Assembly (NCBI GenBank): GCA_947503765.1
Contig: CANNFA010000007.1
Span: 98,614 to 162,613 of the forward strand
DNA length: 64,000 bases
Source of the DNA: an uncultured Rhodobacteraceae bacterium
Lineage (GTDB): Bacteria > Pseudomonadota > Alphaproteobacteria > Rhodobacterales > Rhodobacteraceae
Direction: 5' to 3'
Shown piece by piece: positions 31,238-41,171 of the stretch. The notes below the pieces were generated by a model, which saw only the letters and a program-made list of their open reading frames with translations, did no database searches and was not told the origin of the DNA. The first letter of the stretch is position 1; each line of letters begins with the position of its first letter. The position numbers and the translations under genes were made by a program.

Positions 31238-33691
31238 GTGGCAGTCAAAAAGTCGGAAATTTACAGCTCTCTCTGGGCGAGCTGCGATGCGCTTCGGGGC
31301 GGGATGGATGCCTCGCAATACAAGGATTATGTCCTTGTATTGCTCTTCGTGAAGTACGTCTCCGACAAATATTCCGGCGACCCGGATGGGCTGATCGAAA
31401 TCCCCGAAGGCGGCAGTTTTGCGGACATGGTCGCGCTGCGCGGCAATAAGGACATCGGCGAGAAGATCAACATCATCATCGCCAACCTGGCCGAGGCGAA
31501 CGACCTCAAGGGCGTGATCGACGTCGCCGACTTCAACGACCCGGAGAAGCTCGGCACCGGCAAAGAGATGGTTGATCGCCTCTCAAACCTTGTCGCAATC
31601 TTCAATCGCCCGGAGCTGGATTTTCGCAAGAACCGCGCCGATGGCGACGATATTTTGGGCGATGCCTACGAATACCTGATGCGCCATTTCGCCACCGAGT
31701 CGGGCAAGAGCAAGGGGCAGTTTTATACCCCGTCCGAGGTCTCGCGGATCATGGCAAAGGTAATCGGGATAGGTGCCGCGCGCAGCGCCGACCAGACTAT
31801 CTACGACCCCACTTGCGGTTCCGGCTCACTGCTTCTGAAGGCGCATGACGAGGCACCCTACGATCTTACCATCTATGGCCAGGAAAAGGACGTCGCCACC
31901 CGCGCCCTAGCGAAGATGAACATGGTCCTGCACGATTGTCCGACCGCGGAAATCTGGAAGGGCAACACGCTTTCATCCCCACACTTCCTGAACGCGGACG
32001 GCAGCCTAAAGACCTTCGACTACGTGGTCGCCAATCCGCCCTTCTCGGACAAGGCATGGTCGACCGGCGTGTTCGACGAGGGCAAGACCAACCTGACCGC
32101 GCGCTTCACGGTCGAAGGCGAGCGCCCGCCCGAGAAGAACGGCGATTTCGCCTATCTCCTCCACGTGATCGCCTCTCTGAAATCGACGGGCAAGGGCGCC
32201 GTCATTCTGCCCCACGGCGTCCTCTTCCGCGGCAACGCCGAGTCCACGCTGCGCCGCTGGATCATCAAGCGCGGCTACATCAAGGGGATCATCGGCCTGC
32301 CGGCCAACCTGTTCTACGGTACTGGCATTCCTGCCTGTATCGTGGTGCTGGACAAGGAGCTCGCCCAGGCCCGCACTGGCATCTTCATGATCGACGCCTC
32401 CAAGGGATTCGTTAAGGACGGCAACAAGAACCGCCTGCGCAGCCAGGACATCCACAAGATCGTCGACGCCTTCACCAAGCAGGCGCAGATCGACAAATAC
32501 TCGCGGATGGTCCCGCTGGCTGAAATCGAGAAGAACGACTTCAATCTCAACATCCCCCGCTACATCGATGCCTCGGAACCCGAGGACCTGCAGGATATCG
32601 AGGCGCATCTGAGGGGCGGCATCCCGGTGCGGGATGTCGATGCGCTGGATGACTTCTGGCAGGTCGTGCCCGCCGTGCGCCACGACATCTTCGCCCCTGG
32701 CGAACGGCCCGGATACCTGACCCCGATGGTCGAGGTGGCTGAGGTCAAGCCCGCCATCCTGAACCATGCCGAGTTCGCCGCCTATGCCGATACCGTCACC
32801 GCGGTGTTCGACGCCTGGCGCGCGGCGCATATCGACCGGCTGCGGGGTATCGCAATCGGAGACAAGCCGAAGGACTTGATCCACGTGATCTCCGAAGATC
32901 TGCTGGACCGCTTCAAGCCCGTGCCGCTGATCGATGGCTATGACGTGTATCAGCATCTCATGACCTACTGGTCTGAGGTAATGCAGGACGATGTCTATAT
33001 CCTCGTGCAGGATGGCTGGAAGGCCGGGCGTGTGATCCGCGAACTGGTCAGAAACGCCGAGGGCAAGTTCACCGAGACGCCCGACATCACGCTGGGCCGG
33101 CGCAAGCTGAAGGCCGAACTGATCCCGCCCGCGCTGATCGTGGCCCGGTTCTTCGCGGCCGAAAAGGCCGCGTTGGAGGCATTGGAAGCCAAGGCCGAGG
33201 AAGCAGCCCGCGCGATCGAGGAACTGGACGAGGAGCAGGGCGGCGAGGATGGGCTGCTGGCCGATGCCAAGACCGAAAAGGGCAAGCTGACCGCGAAATC
33301 GGTCAAGGACCGGATCAAGGACATTCGCCACGACCGCGATGCGGCTGAGGAGATGGCAATACTCAAGCAGGCGTTGCGGCTGATCGAGGCCGAGGCGGCG
33401 GCGGCCAAGGCGGTGAAGGAGGCGCAGGCAGCGCTGGATGAGGCCACGGTCAGGCACTACGCGAAACTGACCGAGGACCAAGTGAAGGCGCTGATCGTCG
33501 AGGACAAGTGGCTGGCGCGGGTGCAGGGCGATGTGGCGGCCGAGGTTGATCGCGTCAGCCAGGCGCTGGCCGGGCGGGTGAAGTTGCTGACCGAACGCTA
33601 TGCCGCGCCGCTGCCAGAGCTGGAGGATCGCGCGCAGGCGCTGGGCGCAAGGGTGGCCGAGCACCTGAAACGAATGGGGTTCGCCGCGTGA
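31238..33691 (+). CDS. hsdM: Type I R-M methyltransferase subunit
   Basis: LWASCDALRGGMDASQYKDY, GQFYTP, YDPTCGSG, the NPPF (m6A) motif and a long helical C-terminus. Confidence 0.95.
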   Translation: MAVKKSEIYSSLWASCDALRGGMDASQYKDYVLVLLFVKYVSDKYSGDPDGLIEIPEGGSFADMVALRGNKDIGEKINIIIANLAEANDLKGVIDVADFNDPEKLGTGKEMVDRLSNLVAIFNRPELDFRKNRADGDDILGDAYEYLMRHFATESGKSKGQFYTPSEVSRIMAKVIGIGAARSADQTIYDPTCGSGSLLLKAHDEAPYDLTIYGQEKDVATRALAKMNMVLHDCPTAEIWKGNTLSSPHFLNADGSLKTFDYVVANPPFSDKAWSTGVFDEGKTNLTARFTVEGERPPEKNGDFAYLLHVIASLKSTGKGAVILPHGVLFRGNAESTLRRWIIKRGYIKGIIGLPANLFYGTGIPACIVVLDKELAQARTGIFMIDASKGFVKDGNKNRLRSQDIHKIVDAFTKQAQIDKYSRMVPLAEIEKNDFNLNIPRYIDASEPEDLQDIEAHLRGGIPVRDVDALDDFWQVVPAVRHDIFAPGERPGYLTPMVEVAEVKPAILNHAEFAAYADTVTAVFDAWRAAHIDRLRGIAIGDKPKDLIHVISEDLLDRFKPVPLIDGYDVYQHLMTYWSEVMQDDVYILVQDGWKAGRVIRELVRNAEGKFTETPDITLGRRKLKAELIPPALIVARFFAAEKAALEALEAKAEEAARAIEELDEEQGGEDGLLADAKTEKGKLTAKSVKDRIKDIRHDRDAAEEMAILKQALRLIEAEAAAAKAVKEAQAALDEATVRHYAKLTEDQVKALIVEDKWLARVQGDVAAEVDRVSQALAGRVKLLTERYAAPLPELEDRAQALGARVAEHLKRMGFAA

Positions 33692-34941
33692 CGATGCAGG
33701 AGAAGATCAGGCCGGGCTACAGGCAGACCGACGTCGGGGTGATCCCAGAGGATTGGGATGTGGTGCCAATCGGAGGCTTGGGTGAAGTGCGGACGGGGGG
33801 CACTCCGCCCACCAATCGCCGCGAATTGTATGGCGGTGGGTATCTGTTTGTGAGCCCGGCGGATATCGGCGCAAACAAATACATTAATAGGACAGAAAAA
33901 ACGCTATCTCTCGAAGGTTTTCGCAGTTCACGCATTTTCCCGGCCGGCTCTTCGTTATTCGTTTGCATCGGCTCAACCATTGGGAAGGTGGGGTTGGCCG
34001 CGGTCGATCTTTGTTCCAACCAGCAAATTAATTCGGTCTCCCCTGAGGCAAATGTTGACTCTGAGTTTCTCTTTTACTCACTCGTGCATGCATCACCTAG
34101 AATTGCAGCATTGGCTGGCGAGCAGGCAGTCCCAATAATCAATAAGTCTGCATTCAGCGCCAACTTGATAGCGCTACCGGGCAAAGATGAGCAGCGAGCC
34201 ATCGCCGAGGCGCTGTCGGATGCGGATGCGCGAATTTTAACGCTGGAAACGCTGATCGCCAAGAAGCGCGACCTCAAGCAGGCCTCCATGCAACAGCTCC
34301 TCACCGGCAAAACCCGCCTGCCGGGCTTCTCGGGCGACTGGGAAGCGAAGCGGCTGGGGGACTTGGGTTCGACGTACGGTGGGCTGACTGGGAAATCCAA
34401 GGTGGATTTTGGGCATGGCTCTGCAAAATACATCCCCTTTATGAATGTAATGACCAATGTCGTTGTCGACCTCAATAGTTTAGAGAAGGTCGACGTAAGG
34501 CCCGGCGAGAGCCAGAACCAAGCCCGCGCTGGCGACTTATTCTTCAACGGCTCTTCGGAAACGCCTGAAGAGGTTGGGATGTGTGCGTTGTTGGCAGAAA
34601 ATGTCGAGGACCTGTATCTTAACAGCTTCTGTTTTGGTTTCCGGCTTAAGTCGGATGCAGCTGCAAATGGTTTGTTTCTGGCTGGTTACTTCCGCAGTCA
34701 GCAAGGCAGAGATCTGCTTGCGTCGCTCGCACAGGGGGCGACACGCTACAATCTTTCAAAGCGGGCTCTTCTGAAGGTGGAATTCGCTTGTCCGTCTCTG
34801 GATGAACAAGTCGCAATCGCCGAAATCCTCTCAGACATGGATGCAGAAATCGCAGCGCTGGAGGCCGAGGCCGAAAAGGCCCGTGGCATCAAGCAGGGCA
34901 TGATGCAGAACCTGCTGACGGGGAAGGTGCGGCTGGTATGA
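33688..34941 (+). CDS. hsdS: Type I R-M specificity subunit
   Basis: Two low-GC TRDs separated by the conserved EQRAIAEALSD...KQASMQQLLTGK block, repeated at the C-terminus. Confidence 0.93.
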   Translation: MTMQEKIRPGYRQTDVGVIPEDWDVVPIGGLGEVRTGGTPPTNRRELYGGGYLFVSPADIGANKYINRTEKTLSLEGFRSSRIFPAGSSLFVCIGSTIGKVGLAAVDLCSNQQINSVSPEANVDSEFLFYSLVHASPRIAALAGEQAVPIINKSAFSANLIALPGKDEQRAIAEALSDADARILTLETLIAKKRDLKQASMQQLLTGKTRLPGFSGDWEAKRLGDLGSTYGGLTGKSKVDFGHGSAKYIPFMNVMTNVVVDLNSLEKVDVRPGESQNQARAGDLFFNGSSETPEEVGMCALLAENVEDLYLNSFCFGFRLKSDAAANGLFLAGYFRSQQGRDLLASLAQGATRYNLSKRALLKVEFACPSLDEQVAIAEILSDMDAEIAALEAEAEKARGIKQGMMQNLLTGKVRLV

Positions 34942-35351
34942 GCTTCGGCTGGGCCGTCGATGCGCTGGTTGTCTTCGGCGGGCTCTCCGGCTGGGCGGCA
35001 GCCTACTTCTCTTGGTGGGAGTGGCAGAACACGAAGAAGAAGATCGCCATGCTCACCGACGCGGGCGCGGCCGCTGAGGTCCTGCCAGCCTGGTACACAT
35101 CCAGAATGATGACCGATCATTGGACCTTCGGGCTGCTGACAGAGGCCGGAAAGATGGTCGTGATCAAGCGAATTACGGCGCTTTCAGACGATGGGCGATG
35201 GATCGACGTCGAACTTGCGGAGAGCGAAGTGCTCGACTGGTTGCCGAAGGACTATCCGGCTGATTTCGTTTTCGCAGTCGGCCCCGAGAGGACGTCGGCA
35301 TCGCTGCAGATCTCCAAGATCGTTGCCGCGGTCGACCTGATGAATTCGTGA
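34938..35351 (+). CDS. Hypothetical protein with an N-terminal TM helix (137 aa)
   Basis: ATGA overlap with the hsdS stop. Hydrophobic residues ~5-27 followed by a beta-rich soluble region. Confidence 0.75.
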   Translation: MSFGWAVDALVVFGGLSGWAAAYFSWWEWQNTKKKIAMLTDAGAAAEVLPAWYTSRMMTDHWTFGLLTEAGKMVVIKRITALSDDGRWIDVELAESEVLDWLPKDYPADFVFAVGPERTSASLQISKIVAAVDLMNS

Positions 35352-35359
35352 GGCGCTGA

Positions 35360-36100
35360 ATGGTGAGTAGCGACCATCACAAGCGTCTGTTCATCGGCTG
35401 GGATGTCGGCGGCTGGAACTGCGACAAGAACCAGAACAGCCGCGACGCGCTGGTCGTGCTGGATCATACGGGCCAGACCCTCGGCCAGCCCTGGCGAGGC
35501 AATCTGCGCGAGACGATCAACAGCGCGACGACGCCATCGGCCTTCCTCGCCGCGCTCCTTGCGCTGTGCAAGCTGGACAACCCCGCTCGACCCAGCCACG
35601 CCACCCTTGCCATCGACGCCCCGCTCGGCTTCCCCGAGGCCTTCGCCCGCATGATCGCGGGTGGCGCCCCGGTCGATCAGATCGGTCGATCGGCAGCGAA
35701 CCCCTACCTCTTCCGGCACACCGAGCGGCGGCTGGTGGCCGAAGGGGTCACGCCGCTCTCGGCGATCAAGGACATGATCGGCAGCCAGGCGACGAAGGCG
35801 ATGCACGTGGTCGCGCGCTTTGCCCCACAGCGCCTGTCGACCGGCGTCTGGACAGATGGCGCGCATCTGACCGTGATCGAAACCTACCCGGCGCTGTGCC
35901 GCGCCCGCCTCGGGCCGCATGTTCGTACTGAACCGATCCCGAAAACCGGTCGCGAGGCAGATATTCACGACGCCAGTGTCTGCGCCCGCATCGCCCGAGA
36001 CTTCCATTTGAACCGCGAGCGCCTTGAACCCCCGACCGATGAAACACCGCCCTCGGAAGGCTGGATCTGGGCGCCGCGCCGCGTTTTTGTTGAGGCATAG
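35360..36100 (+). CDS. DUF429-like predicted RNase H-fold nuclease
   Basis: FIGWDVGG, LAIDAPLGFP, VIETYP and DASVCA acidic motifs. Confidence 0.75.
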   Translation: MVSSDHHKRLFIGWDVGGWNCDKNQNSRDALVVLDHTGQTLGQPWRGNLRETINSATTPSAFLAALLALCKLDNPARPSHATLAIDAPLGFPEAFARMIAGGAPVDQIGRSAANPYLFRHTERRLVAEGVTPLSAIKDMIGSQATKAMHVVARFAPQRLSTGVWTDGAHLTVIETYPALCRARLGPHVRTEPIPKTGREADIHDASVCARIARDFHLNRERLEPPTDETPPSEGWIWAPRRVFVEA

Positions 36101-36106
36101 TTCACG

Positions 36107-39100
36107 ATGAGCACCGTTGGCCAGATCGAGAGAAGAACTCAGAAGCGCGTCGTCGACCTGTTTCGGAACGCGTTGGGCTATGAGTACCTGGGCAACTGGA
36201 TCGATCGCGCTGACAAGATCGGTCGTCCGAACCGCAACATTGAGGACGAGTATCTGCGTCCCTTCCTGGAAAGGCAGGACTATTCCCCCGAACTGATCAC
36301 CCGCGCGATCCAGCAGCTGACGAAGGTTGCCACCGACCAGTCCCGCAGCTTCTACGACACCAACCGCGTTGTCTATGACCTGCTGCGCTACGGGGTGAAG
36401 GTGAAGGCCGATGTGGGGGATCAGACCCGCACTGTCTGGCTGATCGATTGGGCAAACCCTGCTGCCAATCATTTCGCGATCGCCGAAGAGGTCGCGGTGA
36501 AGCCCGCGGGCGACAAATCCTTCGGCAAGCGCCCGGACGTGGTGATTTATGTCAACGGGATCGCGCTGGGCGTGCTGGAACTGAAACGCTCGACCGTATC
36601 GGTGTCCCAGGGCATCCGGCAGAGCCTCGACAACCAAAAACCGGTATTCATCCAGCCGTTCTTCACCACCATGCAGCTGATCATGGCGGGGAACGACACC
36701 GAGGGGCTGCGCTATGGCGTCATCGAGACACCCGAGAAGTACTGGCTGACGTGGAAAGAGGAAGGCGGGCCGGAAAACCCCCTGGACCGCGCGCTGGTCC
36801 AGATGTGTGCCAAGCCGCGGTTCCTTGAACTGGTCCACGATTTTCTGGTGTTCGACGCCGGCGTGAAGAAGACCTGCCGCCACAACCAGTATTTCGGTGT
36901 GCGCGCAGCGCAGGACCACATCCGCCGACGAGAAGGCGGGATCATCTGGCACACGCAAGGGTCGGGCAAGAGCCTGACGATGGTATGGCTGGCCAAATGG
37001 ATACGCGAGAACGTGCCTGACAGCCGGGTGGTGGTGATCACCGATCGCACCGAGTTGGACGAGCAGATCGAAAAGGTCTTCAACGGGGTCAACGAGGAAA
37101 TCCTGCGCACGAAATCCGGCGCCGATCTGATCGCCCGGCTGAACGACACGAACCCATGGCTGCTGTGCTCGCTGATCCACAAGTTTGGCGGCAAGGAGGA
37201 CAGCGACGCGGATGTCGAAGGTTACGTCGAGGATTTGAAGAGCGCGCTGCCCAAGGACTTTAGCGCCAAGGGCGATATCTTCGTCTTCGTGGACGAATGC
37301 CACCGCACGCAAAGCGGCGATCTGCACAACGCAATGAAGGCGATCCTGCCCAGCGCAATGTTCATCGGTTTCACTGGCACGCCCCTTCTGAAGGCCGACA
37401 AGCAGACGAGCCTCGAAGTGTTCGGCCCATATATCCATACGTACAAGTTTGACGAGGCGGTGTCGGACGGTGTGGTCCTAGATCTGCGCTATGAGGCCCG
37501 AGATATCGACCAGAACATCACGTCGCAGGCGAAGATCGACAAATGGTTCGAGGCCAAGACCAAGGGCCTGACCGATATGGCCAAGGCGCAGCTGAAGAAG
37601 CGCTGGGGTACGTTGCAGAAGGTGCTGTCCAGCCAGTCGCGGCTGGAAAAGATCTTGGCCGATATCCTGATGGACATGGAGACCCGGGACCGGCTTCAAA
37701 GCGGCCGCGGCAACGCCATGCTCGTGTCGTCGAGCATCTATCAAGCGTGCAAGTTCTTTGAGCTGTTCGACAAGACCGATCTGGCGGGCAAGTGCGCGAT
37801 CGTCACCTCCTACAAACCGTCGCCGAACGACATAAAGGGCGAGGAAAGCGGCGAGGGGCTGACGGAACGCCTGCGACAATACGATATCTACAACAAGATG
37901 CTGGGGGGCAAGGAGCCCGAGGCATTCGAGAAGGAGGCGAAGCGGAAGTTCATCGATGAGCCAGGGCAGATGAAACTGCTGATCGTCGTGGACAAGCTGC
38001 TGACCGGCTTTGACGCCCCCTCGGCCACGTATCTCTACATCGACAAGAAGATGCAGGACCACGGCCTGTTCCAGGCGATCTGCCGGGTGAACCGGCTGGA
38101 CGGGGACGACAAGGAATACGGCTACATCATCGACTACAAGGACCTGTTTAAGAGCCTTGAGACCTCGATCAAGGACTACACGGCCGAGGTTTTCGATGGT
38201 TATGACAAGGCGGATGTAGCGGGCCTGCTTTCGGATCGGCTTGAAAAGGCGCGCGAGAGGCTGGACGAGGCATTGGAAGCTGTCCGGGCTCTCTGTGAAC
38301 CGGTCGAGCTGCCCCGCGATACCCTCGCCTACCAGCGCTTCTTCTGTGCAAAGGACACGGCCGACAAGGAGGCGCTGAAGGAGAATGAGCCGAAGCGGCT
38401 AACCCTCTATCGGCTGGTGGCCTCGTTGTTGCGCGCCTACGCCGATGTGGCAAACGAGATGAGCGAGGCCGGCTACTCCGAGGCCGAGGTCGCCAGTATC
38501 AAAGCGGATGTCGATCACTTCGAGAAGGTGCGGAATGAGGTGAAGCTGTCGAGCGGTGACTATATCGATCTGAAGATGTACGAGCCGGCGATGCGGCACC
38601 TGATCGACACCTATATCCGCGCCGAAGAAAGCGAAGTGATCTCGGCCTTTGACGATGTTTCGCTGATCCAGCTTATCGTTGAGAGGGGGGTGGATGCGGT
38701 CAACGCCTTGCCCCAGGGCATTCGTCAGAGCAAAGAAGCCGTGGCGGAGACGATCGAGAACAACGTCCGGAAGCTGATCATCGACGAGACGCCGATTAAT
38801 CCGAAGTACTATGAGAAGATGTCCGAACTGCTGGACGCCCTAATCGAGCAGCGCAAGCGCGAGGCGCTGAGTTATCAGGAGTATCTCGCTCAGATAGTCG
38901 AGCTCACGAAAAAGGCCCAAGGCACCGAAACGGCCGCCTCGTATCCAGCCGCGCTGAATTCGAAGGCGAAGCGCGCGCTTTTCGACAATCTCGATGGGGA
39001 CGAGGCCCTGGCTTTGGCGATCGACGAAGAAATTCGCCTCACCAAGAAGGACTCCTGGCGCGGCAACAGGTTCAAGGAGAAGGAGGTGCGCAACGCAATC

Positions 39101-39172
39101 AAGAAGCACATCTTTGACCCCGGTCAACTCGATGCGATCTTTGAACTGGTGTGGAACCAGGATGAGTACTGA
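36107..39172 (+). CDS. hsdR: Type I R-M restriction subunit
   Basis: RPD...GVLELK nuclease motif, HTQGSGKS, DECHR, GFTGTP, KLLTGFDAP and QAICRVNR. Confidence 0.96.
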   Translation: MSTVGQIERRTQKRVVDLFRNALGYEYLGNWIDRADKIGRPNRNIEDEYLRPFLERQDYSPELITRAIQQLTKVATDQSRSFYDTNRVVYDLLRYGVKVKADVGDQTRTVWLIDWANPAANHFAIAEEVAVKPAGDKSFGKRPDVVIYVNGIALGVLELKRSTVSVSQGIRQSLDNQKPVFIQPFFTTMQLIMAGNDTEGLRYGVIETPEKYWLTWKEEGGPENPLDRALVQMCAKPRFLELVHDFLVFDAGVKKTCRHNQYFGVRAAQDHIRRREGGIIWHTQGSGKSLTMVWLAKWIRENVPDSRVVVITDRTELDEQIEKVFNGVNEEILRTKSGADLIARLNDTNPWLLCSLIHKFGGKEDSDADVEGYVEDLKSALPKDFSAKGDIFVFVDECHRTQSGDLHNAMKAILPSAMFIGFTGTPLLKADKQTSLEVFGPYIHTYKFDEAVSDGVVLDLRYEARDIDQNITSQAKIDKWFEAKTKGLTDMAKAQLKKRWGTLQKVLSSQSRLEKILADILMDMETRDRLQSGRGNAMLVSSSIYQACKFFELFDKTDLAGKCAIVTSYKPSPNDIKGEESGEGLTERLRQYDIYNKMLGGKEPEAFEKEAKRKFIDEPGQMKLLIVVDKLLTGFDAPSATYLYIDKKMQDHGLFQAICRVNRLDGDDKEYGYIIDYKDLFKSLETSIKDYTAEVFDGYDKADVAGLLSDRLEKARERLDEALEAVRALCEPVELPRDTLAYQRFFCAKDTADKEALKENEPKRLTLYRLVASLLRAYADVANEMSEAGYSEAEVASIKADVDHFEKVRNEVKLSSGDYIDLKMYEPAMRHLIDTYIRAEESEVISAFDDVSLIQLIVERGVDAVNALPQGIRQSKEAVAETIENNVRKLIIDETPINPKYYEKMSELLDALIEQRKREALSYQEYLAQIVELTKKAQGTETAASYPAALNSKAKRALFDNLDGDEALALAIDEEIRLTKKDSWRGNRFKEKEVRNAIKKHIFDPGQLDAIFELVWNQDEY

Positions 39173-39890
39173 TGCCGCCCAGCTGTCCGTTGGAGGCTTC
39201 GAGGTAGAGGTGGTTCGCAAGCCGATCAAGAACTTGCACCTCGGTGTCTACCCGCCTCATGGACGTGTCCGCGTTGCAGCGCCGCTAGAGATGGGTGACG
39301 AGGCCGTACGGCTCGCTGTTGTCACCCGCCTTGCCTGGATCAAGCGCCAGCAGGCCAAGTTCGCGGCGCAGCCGCGCCAGTCCGAGCGACGCTATGTATC
39401 AGGGGAAACCCACTTCTTCCTGGGCCAACGGTATCGACTGAACCTGATCGAGGGGGCCAGGGCGGGGCAGGTTCGGGTTCGCAACAGAAAGACAATCGAT
39501 CTTCATGTGCGCAATGACAGCGATCTGGCCATTCGAGAACGGGTGTTCATCGATTGGTACCGGCGAGAGCTTCGTGCGCGAGCGAGACCCCTAATGGAGC
39601 ACTGGGCGGCGGAATACGGTATCGCAACGCCGAATTGGGGCATCAAGCGGATGAAGACCAAATGGGGCACCTGCAATATCGAAGCACGTCGAGTCTGGTT
39701 GAACCTCGAACTGATCAAGAAGCCGCCGCAGTGTCTTGAATACGTGATCGTCCATGAGCTGGCGCACTTCTTTGAGCGCAACCACACAGAGCAGTTCGTG
39801 GCCCTTCTGGACCGGATGCTTCCGCATTGGCGGATCGTTCGTGACGAGCTCAACGCCGAGCCCCTGGCGCATGATGATTGGAGCACATAG
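39162..39890 (+). CDS. M48/YgjP-type zinc metallopeptidase-like protein
   Basis: KPIKNLHLGVYPPHGRVRVAAP, KWGTC and EYVIVHELAH (HExxH). Overlaps the hsdR stop. Confidence 0.85.
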   Translation: MSTDAAQLSVGGFEVEVVRKPIKNLHLGVYPPHGRVRVAAPLEMGDEAVRLAVVTRLAWIKRQQAKFAAQPRQSERRYVSGETHFFLGQRYRLNLIEGARAGQVRVRNRKTIDLHVRNDSDLAIRERVFIDWYRRELRARARPLMEHWAAEYGIATPNWGIKRMKTKWGTCNIEARRVWLNLELIKKPPQCLEYVIVHELAHFFERNHTEQFVALLDRMLPHWRIVRDELNAEPLAHDDWST

Positions 39891-40405
39891 CATTTGTGCC
39901 GCAGTCAGAGCGTCGCTCTGCTGGCATGCATCCCAGAACGCAGGATATCGGCTTTACGTTTTCGATCCCGGTCCCGTCTGCCCAACGCCCCTGGCATCGA
40001 AGTGCTCAGCCATGGACTCGAAAAAGCCTCACAGTTTCTGACGCTTGCAAGCAATTCACCAAATCGGCGCAGTCATGAGGTCCGGAGAATATCGACCCTG
40101 AGAGACCGCTTTCGGGCCTCCTGGCGCCGGGGCCAGTGCTCAGCCCCTCCCGCATAACCCTCGAAAACAACGGAAAAATCCGTCCGCAGCCGGATCGGGA
40201 GAACGCTTTCGCGAGGGCAAGTGGCGGAGGGAACGCGACTGGCGTCAAACCTTCTCTGGATTATAACACCCTGACTTTTATTCTTAGCGCGCCATTCCGA
40301 TACATCCCCGCCCGGGCCGGGTTGCTCTGACACCGCCGATCGCGGGACCTGTGAATGCATGCGCCAACGAGATCAAGGAACAGCGGGAGCAAGAACTGGA
40401 GAAGA

Positions 40406-40425
40406 CCCGCGACAGGCGTCGCGGG
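40406..40425 (-). terminator. Probable terminator of the pho operon
   Basis: CCCGCGAC-loop-GTCGCGGG perfect 8-bp stem followed by a T-rich tract on the minus strand. Confidence 0.55.
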
Positions 40426-40470
40426 CTTAGCGACGGGTTTGGGTTGTGAGCTGACAGTGGGCAAATTCCA

Positions 40471-41163
40471 TCAGCCCAAGGCATAGCCAGCGCCCCGAAC
40501 GGTGCGTAGAAGATCGTCACCGCCTTGCCGACACAAGGCCTTGCGCAAGCGGCCAATATGGACATCGACCGTGCGGGTTTCGACATAGATATCGCGGCCC
40601 CAGACACGGTCGAGCAACTGTTCGCGGCTAAAAACCCGCCCCGGTCTTTCCATGAAGGTGGCGAGCAGGCGTAACTCGGTCGGGCCGAGTTGCAACGACT
40701 TGCCCGCGCGGGTGACACGATAGGTTTCGCCGTCAAGCCGGATATCCTGAAACTCCAGGACCATGCCAACGGTTGAAGGGCGCACACGCCGCAGGTTGGC
40801 GCGGATGCGGGCCATCAGCTCGACGATGGAGTAGGGTTTGATTACATAGTCATCTGCTCCGGTTTCAAGGCCGCGCACCCGATCCACCTCTTCGGAGCGG
40901 GCCGACAGCATGATGACCGGTATCGCGCGCGTTTCGGCCCGCGATTTCAGGCGGCGGCACACCTCGATCCCCGAAAGGTTCGGCAACATCCAATCGAGCA
41001 CGATCAGGTCCGGGGAGTCCTCGCGAACCATCATTATCGCCTCTTCGCCGTCTTGCGCCAGATTGACGCGGTAGCTTTCGGCGGTGAGGTTGTAGGACAG
41101 CACTTCGCGCTGTGCCGGCTCATCCTCAACCAGCAGGATCAGCGGGTGTTCTATGGTCGCCAT
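40471..41163 (-). CDS. phoB: Phosphate regulon response regulator
   Basis: LVEDE, LDWMLP, GADDYVIKP and ETRTVDVHIGRLRK. Confidence 0.92.
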   Translation of the reverse strand: MATIEHPLILLVEDEPAQREVLSYNLTAESYRVNLAQDGEEAIMMVREDSPDLIVLDWMLPNLSGIEVCRRLKSRAETRAIPVIMLSARSEEVDRVRGLETGADDYVIKPYSIVELMARIRANLRRVRPSTVGMVLEFQDIRLDGETYRVTRAGKSLQLGPTELRLLATFMERPGRVFSREQLLDRVWGRDIYVETRTVDVHIGRLRKALCRQGGDDLLRTVRGAGYALG

Positions 41164-41171
41164 GCGGCCTC

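Noticed and set aside
31027-31248. Cognate toxin for the Phd/YefM gene
   Set aside because: The only candidates are antisense or overlapping ORFs without RelE/ParE/Doc/PIN features, and hsdM starts 12 bp downstream.
31238-33691. Unusually long HsdM (817 aa) as a novel fusion
   Set aside because: The extra C-terminal region looks like the helical extension of a recognised long-HsdM subfamily, and I could not identify an additional catalytic motif.
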